A stretch of DNA of 64,000 nt from NCBI GenBank assembly GCA_963734595.1, contig CAVTHV010000037.1:320214-384213 (forward strand). Direction: 5' to 3'. Origin of the DNA: an uncultured beta proteobacterium (lineage in GTDB: Bacteria; Pseudomonadota; Gammaproteobacteria; Burkholderiales; SG8-41). The notes under the pieces are model-generated. The model had not been told where the DNA came from and did not search any database. It was given only the letters and a program-made list of their open reading frames with translations. The first letter of the stretch is position 1. Every line of letters starts with the position of its first letter. Of this stretch, positions 1-12,974 are shown piece by piece. A program made the position numbers and the translations under genes.

Positions 1-462
1 CTCAAGATCGATCCTGGCATTGTCGAGCAAGGCCCGGTCGCGGGCCATCTGGCCCTCGGCCTGCGTGAGCTGCACCTGGAACGGACGCGGGTCGATCTCC
101 GCAAGCAGATCGCCCGCCTTCACCATCCGGCCCTCGGTGAACAGCACGCTCATCAACTGGCCATCCACGCGGCTTTTCACGGTCACGGTCTTGAGCGGCG
201 TCACCGTTCCCAGCCCGGTAAGAAAAATATCGAGGTTCCCCGTCTTCGCCGGCGCCGCCACCACCGGAGTCACGCGTGCGGCGCCGGCCGCCTGCCGGCT
301 TTGGCGCTGCTGCTGGACACTGCTCCATTGCTTCACGCCAAACACCGTGCCGGCGATCAGCAGACAGAGCGCGAGCACGCCGAACCAGCGCCATCGCGAC
401 CAACCGGTTTTATTCAAGGGTGTCCCGCGGATTTGTTTTTCGTTTTCCGGCGTCTCGCTCAT
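1..462 (-). CDS. RND-type efflux membrane fusion (periplasmic adaptor) protein, MdtA/AcrA-like; N-terminal part only, the C-terminus runs off the window start
   Basis: Absent from the ORF track because it is open at the window edge. My translation of the reverse strand from ATG 462-460 gives [42 protein letters not shown] (membrane anchor), then [61 protein letters not shown]. That is a typical HlyD-family adaptor start. Confidence 0.75.
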   Translation of the reverse strand, partial: MSETPENEKQIRGTPLNKTGWSRWRWFGVLALCLLIAGTVFGVKQWSSVQQQRQSRQAAGAARVTPVVAAPAKTGNLDIFLTGLGTVTPLKTVTVKSRVDGQLMSVLFTEGRMVKAGDLLAEIDPRPFQVQLTQAEGQMARDRALLDNARIDLE

Positions 463-853
463 GTGCGTGCCTGTATGAATGAAATCACTCGTGACTGGAT
501 TCAAGCCTTGCCAAGAAATCTCGGAGCGGGATGCGTTGCCCGAACGTCGCGGCATTGCACATGCGTCCCGCGCTCGACACGATACCCCTGAACCATGAAA
601 TTAGACCAGATGCCGGTCAAGTTGGGACAAACTTTTTGTGTCAAAATGTTACCGCATAACGACGCCTCGATCGCAAGCATTCCAGGCCCTCCGGCAAAGA
701 CGCTCAAAAAGCAAGGATGCCAGTTCGGACAAGGCCGGAATTGACAGGGAAAAGTAGATACGCGGCATAGCGGTCGGCATCGTAACCGGATTCCGCAAGG
801 TCCGGTCAGGCGTCAGACGTTCCCGGAGCAGGAACCTGACGATGCGGTATCGT

Positions 854-1612
854 TCAACTCGTCTGACTGGAAGCTGGAACCTTGGCAGCATCGGCCGGGG
901 GACAGGCCACTGCCTTGATCTCGGTACCGGGGAACTCGCGCTGCAATTCGGCGAGTTTGGCGACCATCGGGTCGCCCGGATCGCGCACCAGATACACGAT
1001 CTGTTTCAGGAAATTCTCGCGCCGTTCGACGATTGCCGAGCGCACACCCTTCCCGCGTATGCCGGCAAGAAAATTCTTCGCCGCATCCTCGCTCTTGAAT
1101 ATGCCGAGCGAAATCGCATTGCGCCACGGGGTCTGGTCCTGCACGGCAAAAAAATCGGTCACGCCCAACCCCTTCAGCTCGCGGATTTTCTTGTCGACTT
1201 CGGCCTTGTTCTTCAGCGGCGGGATGTAGACCCAGTAGCCGCCGACATCGGCGACCACGCGCTGCACCAGGACTTGCGGCAGATCGAGCCGGGCGATCGC
1301 AGCGTCGGCGCGCGCCACATCCGGGCCCGCCAGCAGCCCCCATTCGAGACAGGCCGCGGGCACGGGGGACGCCGCCGGGCCGGCAGTCTTGGCCGGCACG
1401 GGGGACGCCGGCGGCGCGACGGTCTTGGCCGGCGCGGCGGGCCTGGGCTTTTGGGAAGGTGCGCTGCCCGTCGCCCTGACGATCCTGATCTTCTCCGGAT
1501 TGATCTGCAGCAGCGCAATGCGGCCGGCGGCGCCATCCTGCTGCCGCGCCACCAAGGCATAGGCATAGAACACGGCGTTGGCCAGCACCAGCACCAGAAA
1601 CAGCAGCCTCAT
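854..1612 (-). CDS. SPOR domain-containing membrane protein
   Basis: 252-aa ORF with an N-terminal hydrophobic helix (MRLLFLVLVLANAVFYAYALV), a Pro/Ala-rich linker and a C-terminal SPOR-like segment (ISLGIFKSEDAAKNFLAGIRGKG). It lies directly downstream of coaX. Confidence 0.7.
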   Translation of the reverse strand: MRLLFLVLVLANAVFYAYALVARQQDGAAGRIALLQINPEKIRIVRATGSAPSQKPRPAAPAKTVAPPASPVPAKTAGPAASPVPAACLEWGLLAGPDVARADAAIARLDLPQVLVQRVVADVGGYWVYIPPLKNKAEVDKKIRELKGLGVTDFFAVQDQTPWRNAISLGIFKSEDAAKNFLAGIRGKGVRSAIVERRENFLKQIVYLVRDPGDPMVAKLAELQREFPGTEIKAVACPPADAAKVPASSQTS

Positions 1613-1634
1613 CTTTTTTTCCCGTTCATCGTTT

Positions 1635-2363
1635 TCATTGGCCTAGCGCAATGCGCAGCAACCCTTCCAGCACCAGATTATCCACGACCTCGACCCGCGC
1701 GTTAAGCCGGGGCGCGAGCAGCGGCGCGGCGCCGCCCGACAGCACGACGATGGGCGCGGCCTGCCCGCTTTCCTCCATATAGCGCAGCATGCGCTCGACC
1801 GCGCCGGCGAGCGCATTGACGATGCCGCTCATGATGGCGTCCGCCGTGGAATCGGGAAAATAGGTGAAGCGCCCTTCCTGCAGTCCGAGCTGGGCGGTAT
1901 TGCGCGATAGCGACTCGCGCATCAGGTCCGCTCCCGGCACGATGAAACCGCCCACAAACACGCCTTCGTGCGACAGCGCGTCGACAGTCAGCGTGGTCCC
2001 GGCATTGACGACCACGCAGGGGCCGCGGAACAGGTGCCAGGCGCCGATCAGCGCCGCCCAGCGGTCGGAGCCCAGTTGCGACGGATCGTCGTAACTGCTG
2101 GTGACGCCGCATTGCCGCGCCTCGCTTTTGATCCAGCATGGGTTGGCGGGAAATGGCGCGAGCGCGGCGGAAATCGATTCCCGCACCGCGCCGCCGGCGA
2201 CGTTGGAGATCACGATTTTGTCGGGCGGCGGAACTACAGCGAGCGCGGCGCCGAGCTGGCCGGCCTGCGCGCTGGCAATCCAGGACTGACCGGCCCAGTG
2301 CTCGCCGTCGAACCAGCCCCATTTGATGCGGGTATTGCCGGCGTCGATCGCCAGAATGTTCAT
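1635..2363 (-). CDS. coaX: type III pantothenate kinase
   Basis: MNILAIDAGNTRIKWGWFDGEHW... is a CoaX N-terminus. ATG 2363-2361 overlaps the birA stop (ATGA). I reject the Arg/Ala-rich upstream extension of the 313-aa track ORF. Confidence 0.9.
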   Translation of the reverse strand: MNILAIDAGNTRIKWGWFDGEHWAGQSWIASAQAGQLGAALAVVPPPDKIVISNVAGGAVRESISAALAPFPANPCWIKSEARQCGVTSSYDDPSQLGSDRWAALIGAWHLFRGPCVVVNAGTTLTVDALSHEGVFVGGFIVPGADLMRESLSRNTAQLGLQEGRFTYFPDSTADAIMSGIVNALAGAVERMLRYMEESGQAAPIVVLSGGAAPLLAPRLNARVEVVDNLVLEGLLRIALGQ

Positions 2364-3380
2364 GCGCCCGCCTTGCGTCGCGGCGCGCGCGGCATGGCCC
2401 GCGCATCCGCCGGCCGCAGGCTGATTTCGCCGCTGTGATAGCGCCGGATGCCCGCCTGCGTCTCGATCAGCAGCGCGCCGTCTTCGGCCACCCCGCGCGC
2501 GCATCCCTGCTCGTGCCGCGCGTCCGGCAGGATCAGCGTCACGGTCTGGTCCTGGTGCGCGTGATACCGCTGCCATTCAGCGCGCAACGGCGCCAGCCCC
2601 TCGCGCCCGAACGCTTCGAGCACCCGGTACAGCTCCTTCAGCAGCAGCGCCAGCAGCTGGTTGCGCTCGAGCGCCCGGCCGCACGCCGTCTCGAGATCGG
2701 CTGCCGCCTGATCGATGCGGCCGCGCACCGTGTCCGACAACCGCAGGTTGACGCCGATGCCGATCACCGCTGCGCTCGGCCCCAGCATATCGCCCTGCAT
2801 TTCAATCAGGATGCCGGCGAGTTTGCCGCCGCGCCACACCACGTCGTTGGGCCATTTCAGTCCGGCCTCGTCGAGGCCCAGCGTCCTCAGCGCGCGTATC
2901 AGCGCAACGCCGACCGCCAGGCTCAGCCCCGAGAGAAACGCGGCGCCCTGCGTGAAGCGCCACAGCAGCGAGAACGTGAGCGCGCCGCCGACGCCGCTGT
3001 GCCACGCCCGCCCCATCCGGCCGCGCCCGGCTTCCTGCCACTCGGCTGCGATCACCAGGCCGCCGGGCGCGCCCTGCTGCGCGCGCTGCATCGCCAGCGT
3101 ATTGGTGGAACTCGCGCTGTCCAGAATCTCGATGTTGAAATGCGCCGCATCCGGCGCCGAGCTCGCGCAGCACCGCCTCCCGCTGCAGCAGCGACAGCGG
3201 CTGCGCCAGGCGGTAGCCGCGGCCGCGCACCCGGTAGACTTCGAGGCCGGCAGCGCCGATCTCGCGCACCGCCAGCCAGACGCTGGCACGCGACAGGCCG
3301 AGCGCGCGCGCCAGCACCTCGCCGGAATGGAAGTCGCCGTCGGCCAGCCGTCTCAGCACGTCACAGGTTATGGATTTCAT
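2360..3380 (-). pseudogene. birA: bifunctional biotin-[acetyl-CoA-carboxylase] ligase / biotin operon repressor BirA, one frameshift near 3152
   Basis: The N-terminal HTH part (MKSITCDVLRRLADGDFHSGEVLARALGLSRASVWLAVREI...LLQREAVLRELGA) is in the 2802..3380 frame. The ligase part (DAAHFNIEILDSASSTNTLAM...GRGRMGRAWHS...KWPNDV) is in the 2360..3289 frame. The junction reads ggcgccGGatgcg, and removing one G restores LGADAAHF. Confidence 0.85.
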
Positions 3381-3486
3381 GCGGGACTATAGAATAGCCG
3401 ATTGTGCCCCCGGGAAAAACCGGCAAGCGCGCAAGACTACAATCGCACGTTTCGAGCAGACGCTTTCACCGCCAGGGAGGCACCCC

Positions 3487-3810
3487 ATGCATGTCGTGAT
3501 CTTCGAAGTCCAGCCCAGGCCGGGCCGCGAGCAGGATTACCTCGCCATTGCGCAACAGCTGCGCACCGAACTCGAACAGATCGACGGTTTCATATCGGTC
3601 GAGCGCTTCGCCAGCCTCTACAACGAAGGCAAGATCCTGTCGCTCTCGTTCTGGCGCGACGAGGCCGCGGTCAAACGCTGGCGCGAGCACACCCGGCACC
3701 GCGAGGCGCAGCAGCGCGGGCGCGAGGACATTTTCGCCGACTACCGCATCCGCGTCGGCGCCGTCGTGCGCGACTACGGCATGACGCAACGCGCGCAGGC
3801 GCCCGAGTAA
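3487..3810 (+). CDS. antibiotic biosynthesis monooxygenase (ABM) family protein
   Basis: MHVVIFEVQPRPGREQDYLAIAQQLRTELEQIDGFISVERF...SFWRDEAAVKRWREHTRHREAQ is a ferredoxin-like ABM fold pattern. I chose ATG 3487 inside the longer track ORF. Confidence 0.7.
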   Translation: MHVVIFEVQPRPGREQDYLAIAQQLRTELEQIDGFISVERFASLYNEGKILSLSFWRDEAAVKRWREHTRHREAQQRGREDIFADYRIRVGAVVRDYGMTQRAQAPE

Positions 3811-3841
3811 CAGCTAAAATAGCGGTTTACCGGAAAACCCG

Positions 3842-5671
<1,830 letters not shown>

Positions 5672-5720
5672 GCGTATTTTGGCTTCGACATAACGTTGCG
5701 CTGACCGCAACATTAGTCTG

Positions 5721-5750
5721 CGCCGCAACAAGCCTTGCGGCGTGTTGTGT
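5721..5750 (+). terminator. putative rho-independent terminator of glnS
   Basis: Stem cgccgcaa / ttgcggcg (5721-5728 / 5735-5742) with a 6-nt loop, followed by tgttgtgt. A second hairpin, gttgcg-ctgac-cgcaac, lies at 5695-5711. Confidence 0.5.
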
Positions 5751-5838
5751 GGCCGACCAGCATGATTCCCGCGACGGTGCGCCCGTGTTCAACCGCGCCG
5801 TGACGCTGCGCGACTCCTGGGTCAAACACAACGCCTGA
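5749..5838 (+). pseudogene. relic of a second, diverged glnS 3' end (last ~29 codons only)
   Basis: Encodes VADQHDSRDGAPVFNRAVTLRDSWVKHNA*, compared with the intact glnS end VADLRDSRAGVPVFNRAVTLRDSWTKPAGQP*. There is no upstream coding continuation. Confidence 0.6.
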
Positions 5839-6251
5839 TCGCGTGCGCGGCGCCGCCGGCCGCACGCAGAACGCGGGCCTTTGGGAAACCACTCGGCTTG
5901 CACTTTGTGGCCTGGTATCGAAAATTCAAGTTGCGGGTCCAACGGTGTCTGCCCGGCCACCACGGCCATGTCGAGCTCGCACCCCATATATTGGACAGGC
6001 CTGCGCGTCTGATGCAAATCCACCCTCGGGTGGTTTTGGTTGTGGCATTATGTACCTGGCGTCCTGACCCGATAGCCCACACCCGCAACGACGCAGCCGT
6101 GCGTCGACGCGAACATGAGAGAACGGCCTCCGGCGACAGCCGGCCGTACCGCAGCTCCGGGCATTTGCAGGCGCAATCCCACAACCGGGAGAAATTCTGA
6201 TGCCGCCACTTCTGATGCCACCTTTAGGTCGTCGTCGACCTGCTGCGCAAT

Positions 6252-7100
6252 GTGGTGGATATCCTGCCGGTCGGCGTCTGGATCCTGGACGAGACCGGAA
6301 AAATCCTCTATGGCAATTCCGCCGGCCATCGCATCTGGGCCGGTGCGCGCTACGTCGGCGTCGAACAATACGGGGAGTACAAAGGCTGGTGGGTCGCCAC
6401 CGGCAAGCGCATCGAGCCGGAAGAGTGGGCCGCGGCGCGCGCCATCAGGACCGGGGAAACCTCGATCGACGAAGAAGTGGAAATCGAGTGCTTCGACGGC
6501 ACGCGCAAGATCATTCTCAACTCCGCGATGCCGATCCGCGACGAGGACGACAACATCGTCGGCGCGGTCATCGTCAACCACGACATCACCGAGCGCAAAC
6601 GCTTCGAGGAACGGTTGCGGGAAATGACCGAGCGGGATCCTCTCACCAACACCTACAACCGGCGGCACCTCTACGCCATCCTGGAGAGAGAGAGCGAGCG
6701 GGCGCGCCGTTACGGCACCGCGCTGTCGGTCGTCATGTTCGACATCGACCATTTCAAGACGGTCAACGACACGCACGGCCACCTGGAAGGCGACCGCGTG
6801 CTGGTCCGGATCGCGGAGATCGTGCAGCAGGAACTGCGCAGCGTCGACCTGCTGGCCCGTTACGGCGGAGAGGAATTTCTGATCGTTGCGCCCGGCATCG
6901 ACCGCCCGCGTGCCGTCGTGCTGGCGGAACGCCTGAGAACCCTTATCGCCGAGGCGGACTTCGACCCCGTCCCGCAGATTACCTGCAGTTTCGGCGTGCA
7001 TCAGTTCGACGGCGAGGATACGGATTCCATTTTCCGTTACGTCGACGATCTGCTGTACAAGGCCAAGCAGCAGGGGCGCAATTGCGTCGTCACGGAATAG
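6252..7100 (+). CDS. PAS domain-containing diguanylate cyclase (GGDEF)
   Basis: N-terminal PAS-like region (VVDILPVGVWILDETGKILYGN...AVIVNHDITERKRFEE), then a GGDEF domain (DPLTNTYNRRHL...MFDIDHFKTVNDTHGH..GD...RYGGEEFLIV). The start is GTG. An in-frame TAG at 6226-6228 limits upstream extension. Confidence 0.85.
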   Translation: MVDILPVGVWILDETGKILYGNSAGHRIWAGARYVGVEQYGEYKGWWVATGKRIEPEEWAAARAIRTGETSIDEEVEIECFDGTRKIILNSAMPIRDEDDNIVGAVIVNHDITERKRFEERLREMTERDPLTNTYNRRHLYAILERESERARRYGTALSVVMFDIDHFKTVNDTHGHLEGDRVLVRIAEIVQQELRSVDLLARYGGEEFLIVAPGIDRPRAVVLAERLRTLIAEADFDPVPQITCSFGVHQFDGEDTDSIFRYVDDLLYKAKQQGRNCVVTE

Positions 7101-7112
7101 TCTTCCGCCGTA

Positions 7113-9783
7113 TCATCGCGTGCAACGCCGCACCCACCATTTGCGGCCTTCCTCCAGCACCAGCATGGCGGCGGCGAATGGCAGCATAAAGAGCCACACG
7201 TCCAGCGCGATCGGCGCTGTGCCGAACGCCGCGTTGCCGGGAGCCGTGTAGACGATCGCGAGGATCAGCGCGAGCTCCGCCAAAATTCCAAATAGAATCA
7301 ATGCATTATATTTCAGCGCCGCAGAGAATAGGCTTTCCCGCGGATCGCGGCACAGGACCACATTCACCACCTGCATCACGATGATGGCGGCCAGGCATGC
7401 CGTCGTCGCCTGCAGGTAAAGCGGATCGCCGCCTGCCAGCGCTTCGCCGTAGCGCCAGCCGCCATCGCCCAGCACGAAAAAGAATGCCGCCATCGCCGCC
7501 GCCGCTTCCAGCATGCCGAGCCACAGATAGGCGCGCGCCATCAGCGGCCAGTTCATCAGCCGCTCGTCGCGGCGGCGCGGCGGCTGCCGCATGATGTCCG
7601 GCGCCGGCTTTTCCGCGCCCAGCCCGAGCGCCGGCAGCATATCGGTGCCGAGATCGACGGCGAGGATCTGGATGATGGTCAGCGGCAGCGGAATGCGCAG
7701 CAGCACGAATGCCAGGTACGGCACGATCTCCGGGATGTTCGAGGTCAGGATGTAGGTGAGGAACTTGCGGATGTTCTGGAACACCGCCCGCCCCTCCTCG
7801 ATCGCGGCGACGATCGAGGCGAAATTGTCATCGAGCAGCACCATGTCGGCCGCGCCGCGCGCGACGTCGGTCCCCACCACGCCCATCGCGATGCCGATGT
7901 CGGCGCGCCGCAACGCCGGCGCGTCATTCACGCCGTCACCGGTGACGGCCACCACGTGGCCCTTGCGCTTCAACGCCTCGACGATGCGCATTTTCTGATC
8001 GGCGGTCACCCGCGCGAACAGGATTTCTTCGGCGTCGAGCGCAAGCTGCAGCTGCGTGACCGTGAGCCGCGACAGCGTCTCGCCGACGATCACCACGGGT
8101 GCCGTTGCGAGCCCGATGTCGCGCGCCACCGCGCGCGCGGTGTGCGGATGATCGCCGGTGACCATGATCACGCGGATGCCCGCGGCGCGGCAGGTCGCGA
8201 TGGCCTGCGGCACTTCCGGCCGCGGCGGATCGTGCAGCCCGACGAGCCCCGCGAGCGTGAGCGATGTCTCCCACTGTTCACGCGGCACGCCGGCATCGAG
8301 CGTGCGGTACGCGAGCGCGAGCACGCGCAGGCCGCGCTCGGCCATCTCCTCCTGCGCCGCGAGAAACTCCTGCATCAGCGCTTCGCTCATCGCAACGCTG
8401 CCGTTCTGCGCCGCGAGCACCTGCGCGCACAGCGGCAGCACCTGTTCGACCGCCCCCTTGCAGTACAGCACGCGGCCCGCCGGCCCTTCGTGCACGGTGG
8501 ACATGCGCTTGCGGTCGGCGTCGAACGGCAGCTCGTCGCAGGGCGGTACGGGCGCGCGCCCGCCGAGGCCGCGTTCGGCCATCCCGACCAGCGCGACTTC
8601 CATCGGATCACCGAGCAGCACCGGGACGCCGTTGCGCGCGACTTCGCGCAGGCTGTGGCAGTGGCGTGCAACTTCGAAGAACGGCGCATGGCCTGCCGCA
8701 TCCGCCGGCGTCGAGCGTCGCGAGTTCGCGCGTGGTGCCGGCAAAATGCACGCTCACCGCCTGCATGCGGTTCTCGGTGAGCGTGCCGGTCTTGTCGGTG
8801 ACGATGACGGTCGCCGCGCCCAGCGCCTCCGCCGCCGGCAGGTGCCGGATCAGCGCATTGCGTTTCGCCATGCGCTGCGTCGCCATCGCCAGCGCCAGCG
8901 TCACCGTCGGCAGCAGGCCCTCCGGCACGTTGGCGACGATGATGCCGATGGCGAACAGGAAGTTCGCCCAGAAACCGAGGCCGAGCATCTGCCCGATCGC
9001 GAAAAACACCACGCCCAGCACGGCGGCGAGCAGCGCGATCAGCCTTGAGAGCCGCACGATTTCCTGCTGCAACGGCGATGGCGGCGCGACGGCAGTCTGC
9101 GTCAGATGCGCAATTTTGCCGAACTCCGTGTGCATGCCGGTCGCGAACACCAGCGCCGTGGCCGCGCCCGACACCACCGACGTGCCCGCGAGCAGCACGT
9201 TGCGGCTCCTGAGCAGGTCGTCCTCTTCGACCGCATCGGCGATGCGCGCCTTCGGCAGCGACTCGCCGGTGACGGTCGCGATGTTGACGCGCACGCCGTG
9301 GCCTTCGACCAGCCGGCAATCGGCAGGCACGTCGTCGCCTTCCTGCAGCAGGATCACGTCTCCCGGGACGAGCATCCCGGTCTCGAGCTGCACGGCAACC
9401 CCGTCGCGGCGCGCCGTCACCGCGTGCGGCAGCAGCGCCTTCAGCGCCGCCACCGCGCGCTCGGCGCGGTACTCCTGCCAGAACGCGAACGCGCCGTTCA
9501 CCACCACCACGCCGATGATCGCCCAGCCCAGCGTGGCCATGCCCTGTCCGGGCCCGTACGCCTCGGCGATGAAAGCGAGCCCCGCCGCGACCAGCAGGAT
9601 CAGCGCGAAGAAATGCGTGAACTGCCGCGCGCCCTTGAGCCACAGCGGCTCGCGCGCGATCTCCTCCACGCGATTCGGTCCGTACTCGGCGAGCCGCCGC
9701 GCGGCCTCGGCGGCGGCAAGCCCCTCGCGCGCGCTGTGCAGGCTGGCGAAAGCTTGGTCGACTGAAAGACGGGTGATGCGCAT
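7113..9783 (-). pseudogene. cation-transporting P-type ATPase (P2/P3-like), one frameshift near 8703
   Basis: The N-terminal frame (8608..9783) carries TGES (VTGESLP) and the phosphorylation motif DKTGTLT. The C-terminal frame (7113..8744) carries VTGDHPHTA, GDGVNDAPAL and C-terminal TM helices. The junction reads gacgccggcGGatgcg, and removing one G gives LDAGDAAGH. Confidence 0.85.
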
Positions 9784-9843
9784 GACGATTTACGCTTCAC
9801 TGATTCACGGTTTTCAAGCATGCCCGTCTCCGTGCCGCGCGGG

Positions 9844-9857
9844 TTGACCTGGGTCAA
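9844..9857. promoter_or_regulatory. FNR/FixK-like palindrome TTGACCTGGGTCAA upstream of the P-type ATPase
   Basis: Perfect dyad TTGAC-N4-GTCAA centred 67 bp upstream of the ATPase ATG (9783, minus strand). I could not find a convincing -10 hexamer at class II distance. Confidence 0.3.
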
Positions 9858-10152
9858 AAATCGTTGCGGTGCCCGATGCATACGATCACAATTTGCACAA
9901 ATCTTCCGTTGCGTGAACGTACCAAGGTTGCGGCGCATGCGCGCTTCGGGCCAAATCTGCCGCCGCTCAAAGTCCGGGTGAAAGTGAAGGTAAAATCGCG
10001 AACCGGGGGCTGGGAATGGAAATTTTTAAACCGCACGCAACAGCGATTATTCAATAAAAACAACGGAGCACAACATCCAACCCGGCTGGCCGGCCCCGGC
10101 CGTGGTTTTTCATGGACACGGGGCACCCGCACTTCACAGAAAAGGCATTGCA

Positions 10153-11830
10153 ATGGATTCCAGCGAACACAAGAAGGTCAACACGACAACCGGCGCGCGC
10201 GCGCTGGTCGACGCTTTGCTGCGCGAAGGCATCGACCACGTCTTCGGCATTCCCGGCACGCAGAACCTCGCGATCCTCGACGCGCTGCGCGACACGCCGC
10301 AGATCCGCTTCATCCTGACGCGCCACGAGCAGGGCGCCGCGTTCATGGCGTACGGCTTTGCGCGCGCGTCCGGCAAGCCCTCCGTCGTTACCGCCACTGA
10401 AGGCCCGGGCGTGACCAACATCGTCACCGCCATCGGCGCCGCGTTTCGCGGCAACGTGCCGGTGATCAGCATCTGCGGCGTGCAGGAAAGCGTCATGCGC
10501 GAACGCGATGCGACGCAGGACATGGACCAGATCCCGTTCATGCGCCCGATCACCAAGTGGGCCTACAGCATTCCCAATGTCGAAAAGGTGCAGGAAGCGG
10601 TGCGCAAGGCCTTCCGCGTCGCGCTGACCGAGCCGCAGGGCCCGACGCACATCGAGGCCGCCGGTGAAGTGCTGCTCCGGCAAACGACGCCCGAACCCAT
10701 CGCACCCGCCGCGTATCGCAACACCGTACTGCCGGTATGCGACCCGGCGCAGCTCGACGCCGCATGGGCGCTGATCGCCAAAGCCGAGCGCCCGCTGTTC
10801 GTGATCGGCCGCGGCGTGATGAAGGAAAACGCCGTTGCCGCGATGGAAAAACTCGCCGCCGGCACCGGCATCCCGGTCGCCGTGCTGCAGTATTCGCCCG
10901 ACGCGTTCCCGTCCACGCATCCGCTGGCGCTGGGTCCGCTGGGCCGCAACGGTTTTACCAGCGCCAATCGCGCCGCGCCCCAGGCCGACGTCATCATCGC
11001 CATCGGCGCGCATTTCGATGTGTTCTCGACGATGTACAAGTACGGCATTTTCAGCGAACAGGCGAAGCTGATCCATCACAGCACGGCCCCCGGCCAGATC
11101 GGCATCGTGTTCCCGGTGACGATGGGCGTGACCGGCTCCTCGGCGAGCTTCATCCAGGGCCTTGCCGAGCGCGCCGCGGAAAGGTGCGGCGCGCCAGCCC
11201 TGGGTCGACGTCGCCAGGGCGCGCGCCGATTTCGACGCCGAGCTGCAGGCCGTGCTGAAGCCCGACGCCGAGCCGATCCAGCCGCAATTCGTCGCGCACA
11301 TGATCCGCAAGGTGCTGCCGAAGAACGGCATCCTCGTGGTGGACGCCGGCAACGGCGGCAAACACGTGCGCAGCTACTTCAAGAGCTACGAGCCGAACAC
11401 TTTCCTGTGCATCGACGACTGGGCGTCGGTCGGCGGCTCGCTGCCGATCGCGATGGGCGTCAAACTCGCGCGGCCCGACCGCCCGGTGCTGTGCGCGTCA
11501 GGCGACATGGGCGCGATGTGCAACATCGGCGAACTCGAAACCGCGGTGCGCGAGAACATCCCGGTGGTGTATGTCGTGTTCAACGATCAGGGTCTCGGCA
11601 ACGAGCGCGCGTTCCAGAACGAGCACTTCGGCGGGCGCTATTTCGCCGTCGATTACAAAAACCCGGACTTCGGCGCGCTGGCAAAAGTATTCGGCGCGCA
11701 CGGTGAGCACGTGACGCGTCCCGGCGATCTCGAGGGCGCGATCCAGCGCGCGTTCGCCAGCGGCAAGCCGGCCATCGTCGACGTGATGATCGATCAGAAC
11801 ACGCTGGCGCCGGTGGTATACAAACCATAG
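10153..11830 (+). pseudogene. thiamine pyrophosphate-dependent enzyme (acetolactate synthase large subunit-like), one frameshift near 11181
   Basis: N-terminal Pyr domain (GARALVDALLREGIDHVFGIPGTQNL...TRHEQGAAFMAYGFA) in frame 1. The C-terminal TPP-binding domain (GDMGAMCNIGELETAVRENIPVVYVVFND) is in the 11162..11830 frame. The junction is at gcggAAAggtgcg, and one fewer A restores AAEGAARQPW. Confidence 0.8.
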
Positions 11831-11914
11831 GCGATGCGCATCCCGGACGTGTGAATCGCGGCCTGCAACGTCGACTTTCTGCCGGCCGCCCTGCTGCGTT
11901 GCGCGCCGTCGTCC

Positions 11915-12893
11915 TTACTCGGGTTTAAGCCCGGCGCTTTGCGCCACGCGCCGCCACTTCTCGATCTCGGTCTTGATGAAGGCTGCGTGTTCGGCCGGCG
12001 TATTGCCCACCGGTTCGGCGCCGCGGTCGAGCAGCGTTTTGCGGATCGCGGGGTCGCGCAGGGTCTGCGCCAGCGCGGCGTTGAGCTTGTTCACGACGGG
12101 CTGCGGCATGCCGGCGGGTCCCAGGAAGCTGAAGCCGCTGGTCACCACGAAGCCGGGCACGCCCGCCTCGATCATGGTGGGCAGGTTCGGGAAACGTCGG
12201 AAAACGCGTGGCGCCGCACTGCGCGAGCATGCGCAGCCGGCCGCTCTGCACATGGCCGATGGCGGCAGGAATGCTGACGAACGAGAACTGCACCTGGCCC
12301 GCAACCAGATCGACGATGGCCGGCCCCGCACCCTTGTACGGAATGTGCACGAACTTGGCCCCCGTGATGCTGCTGAACAGTGCGCCCGAGAGGTGGCCCA
12401 CTGCGCCGATGCCCGAGCTGGAATAGTTCAGCTCTCCCGGACGCGCCTTGGCGAGCGCGATCAGATCCTTCACGCTTTTCACCGGCAGCGACGGATGCAC
12501 CAGCAGCGCCGCCGGGATGTTGACGATGAGGCCGAGCGGCGTGAAGTCGCGAACGGCGTCGAACGGCAGGTTCTTGATGAGCGAGGGATTGATCATGAAA
12601 CTCGCGGCCGCGATCAGCGTCGTATAGCCGTCGGGCGCGCTCTTGGCGGCGATCTCCGCGCCGATGTTGCCGCCCGCGCCGGGCCGGTAATCGACGACGA
12701 GCTGCTGGCCCAGGATCTCGCCCATCTTGGGCGAGAGCAGGCGGAACAGGATGTCGCTGTTGCCGCCGGGCTGGTTGGGATTGATCACGCGGATGATCTT
12801 GGTCGGATATTGCTGGGCGGCAAGGTCCGGTGACATGAAGCCCATGAATGCGGCAGCCAAAACAAGAACGGCATGCAACGTGCGGTAACGCAT
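11915..12893 (-). pseudogene. tripartite tricarboxylate transporter substrate-binding protein (TctC/Bug family), one frameshift near 12189
   Basis: MRYRTLHAVLVLAAAFMG signal peptide with a strong AAGGAGG RBS. Bug-family motifs follow (NPNQPGGNSDI, VDYRPGAGGNIGA, NYSSSGIGAVGHL). The C-terminal part (FPNLPTMIEAGVPGFVVTSGF...EIEKWRRVAQSAGLKPE) is in another frame. The shift is at a CCC run on the coding strand. Confidence 0.8.
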
Positions 12894-12974
12894 GTTCACT
12901 CCTCCTTTTCGTTGTTCCTGCGTCTTGTGCACCGGCCCGCGGATTGAATCGGCGTCTGCTGCGCTCCGGATTGC

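Noticed and set aside
842-1705. Long antisense or overlapping ORFs, for example 842..1705(+), 3827..4837(-), 6048..7001(-), 15757..16728(-), 24395..25486(-), 39919..41373(-), 48157..49188(-) and 61123..62223(-)
   Set aside because: Each lies opposite a gene with clear family motifs and shows the Arg/Ala/Pro/Gly bias of out-of-frame GC-rich sequence. None has a convincing RBS or recognisable domain.
5898-6200. 100-aa plus-strand ORF in the glnS-to-GGDEF gap
   Set aside because: It has no RBS and no motifs, and it runs through the terminator-like hairpin at 6020-6041. I treat it as non-coding.
9844-9857. The FNR-like palindrome considered as a promoter element for the plus-strand TPP enzyme gene
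   Set aside because: It lies about 300 bp upstream of ATG 10153, far from class I or class II activation distances. It is better placed for the divergent P-type ATPase, and even there the -10 match is poor.
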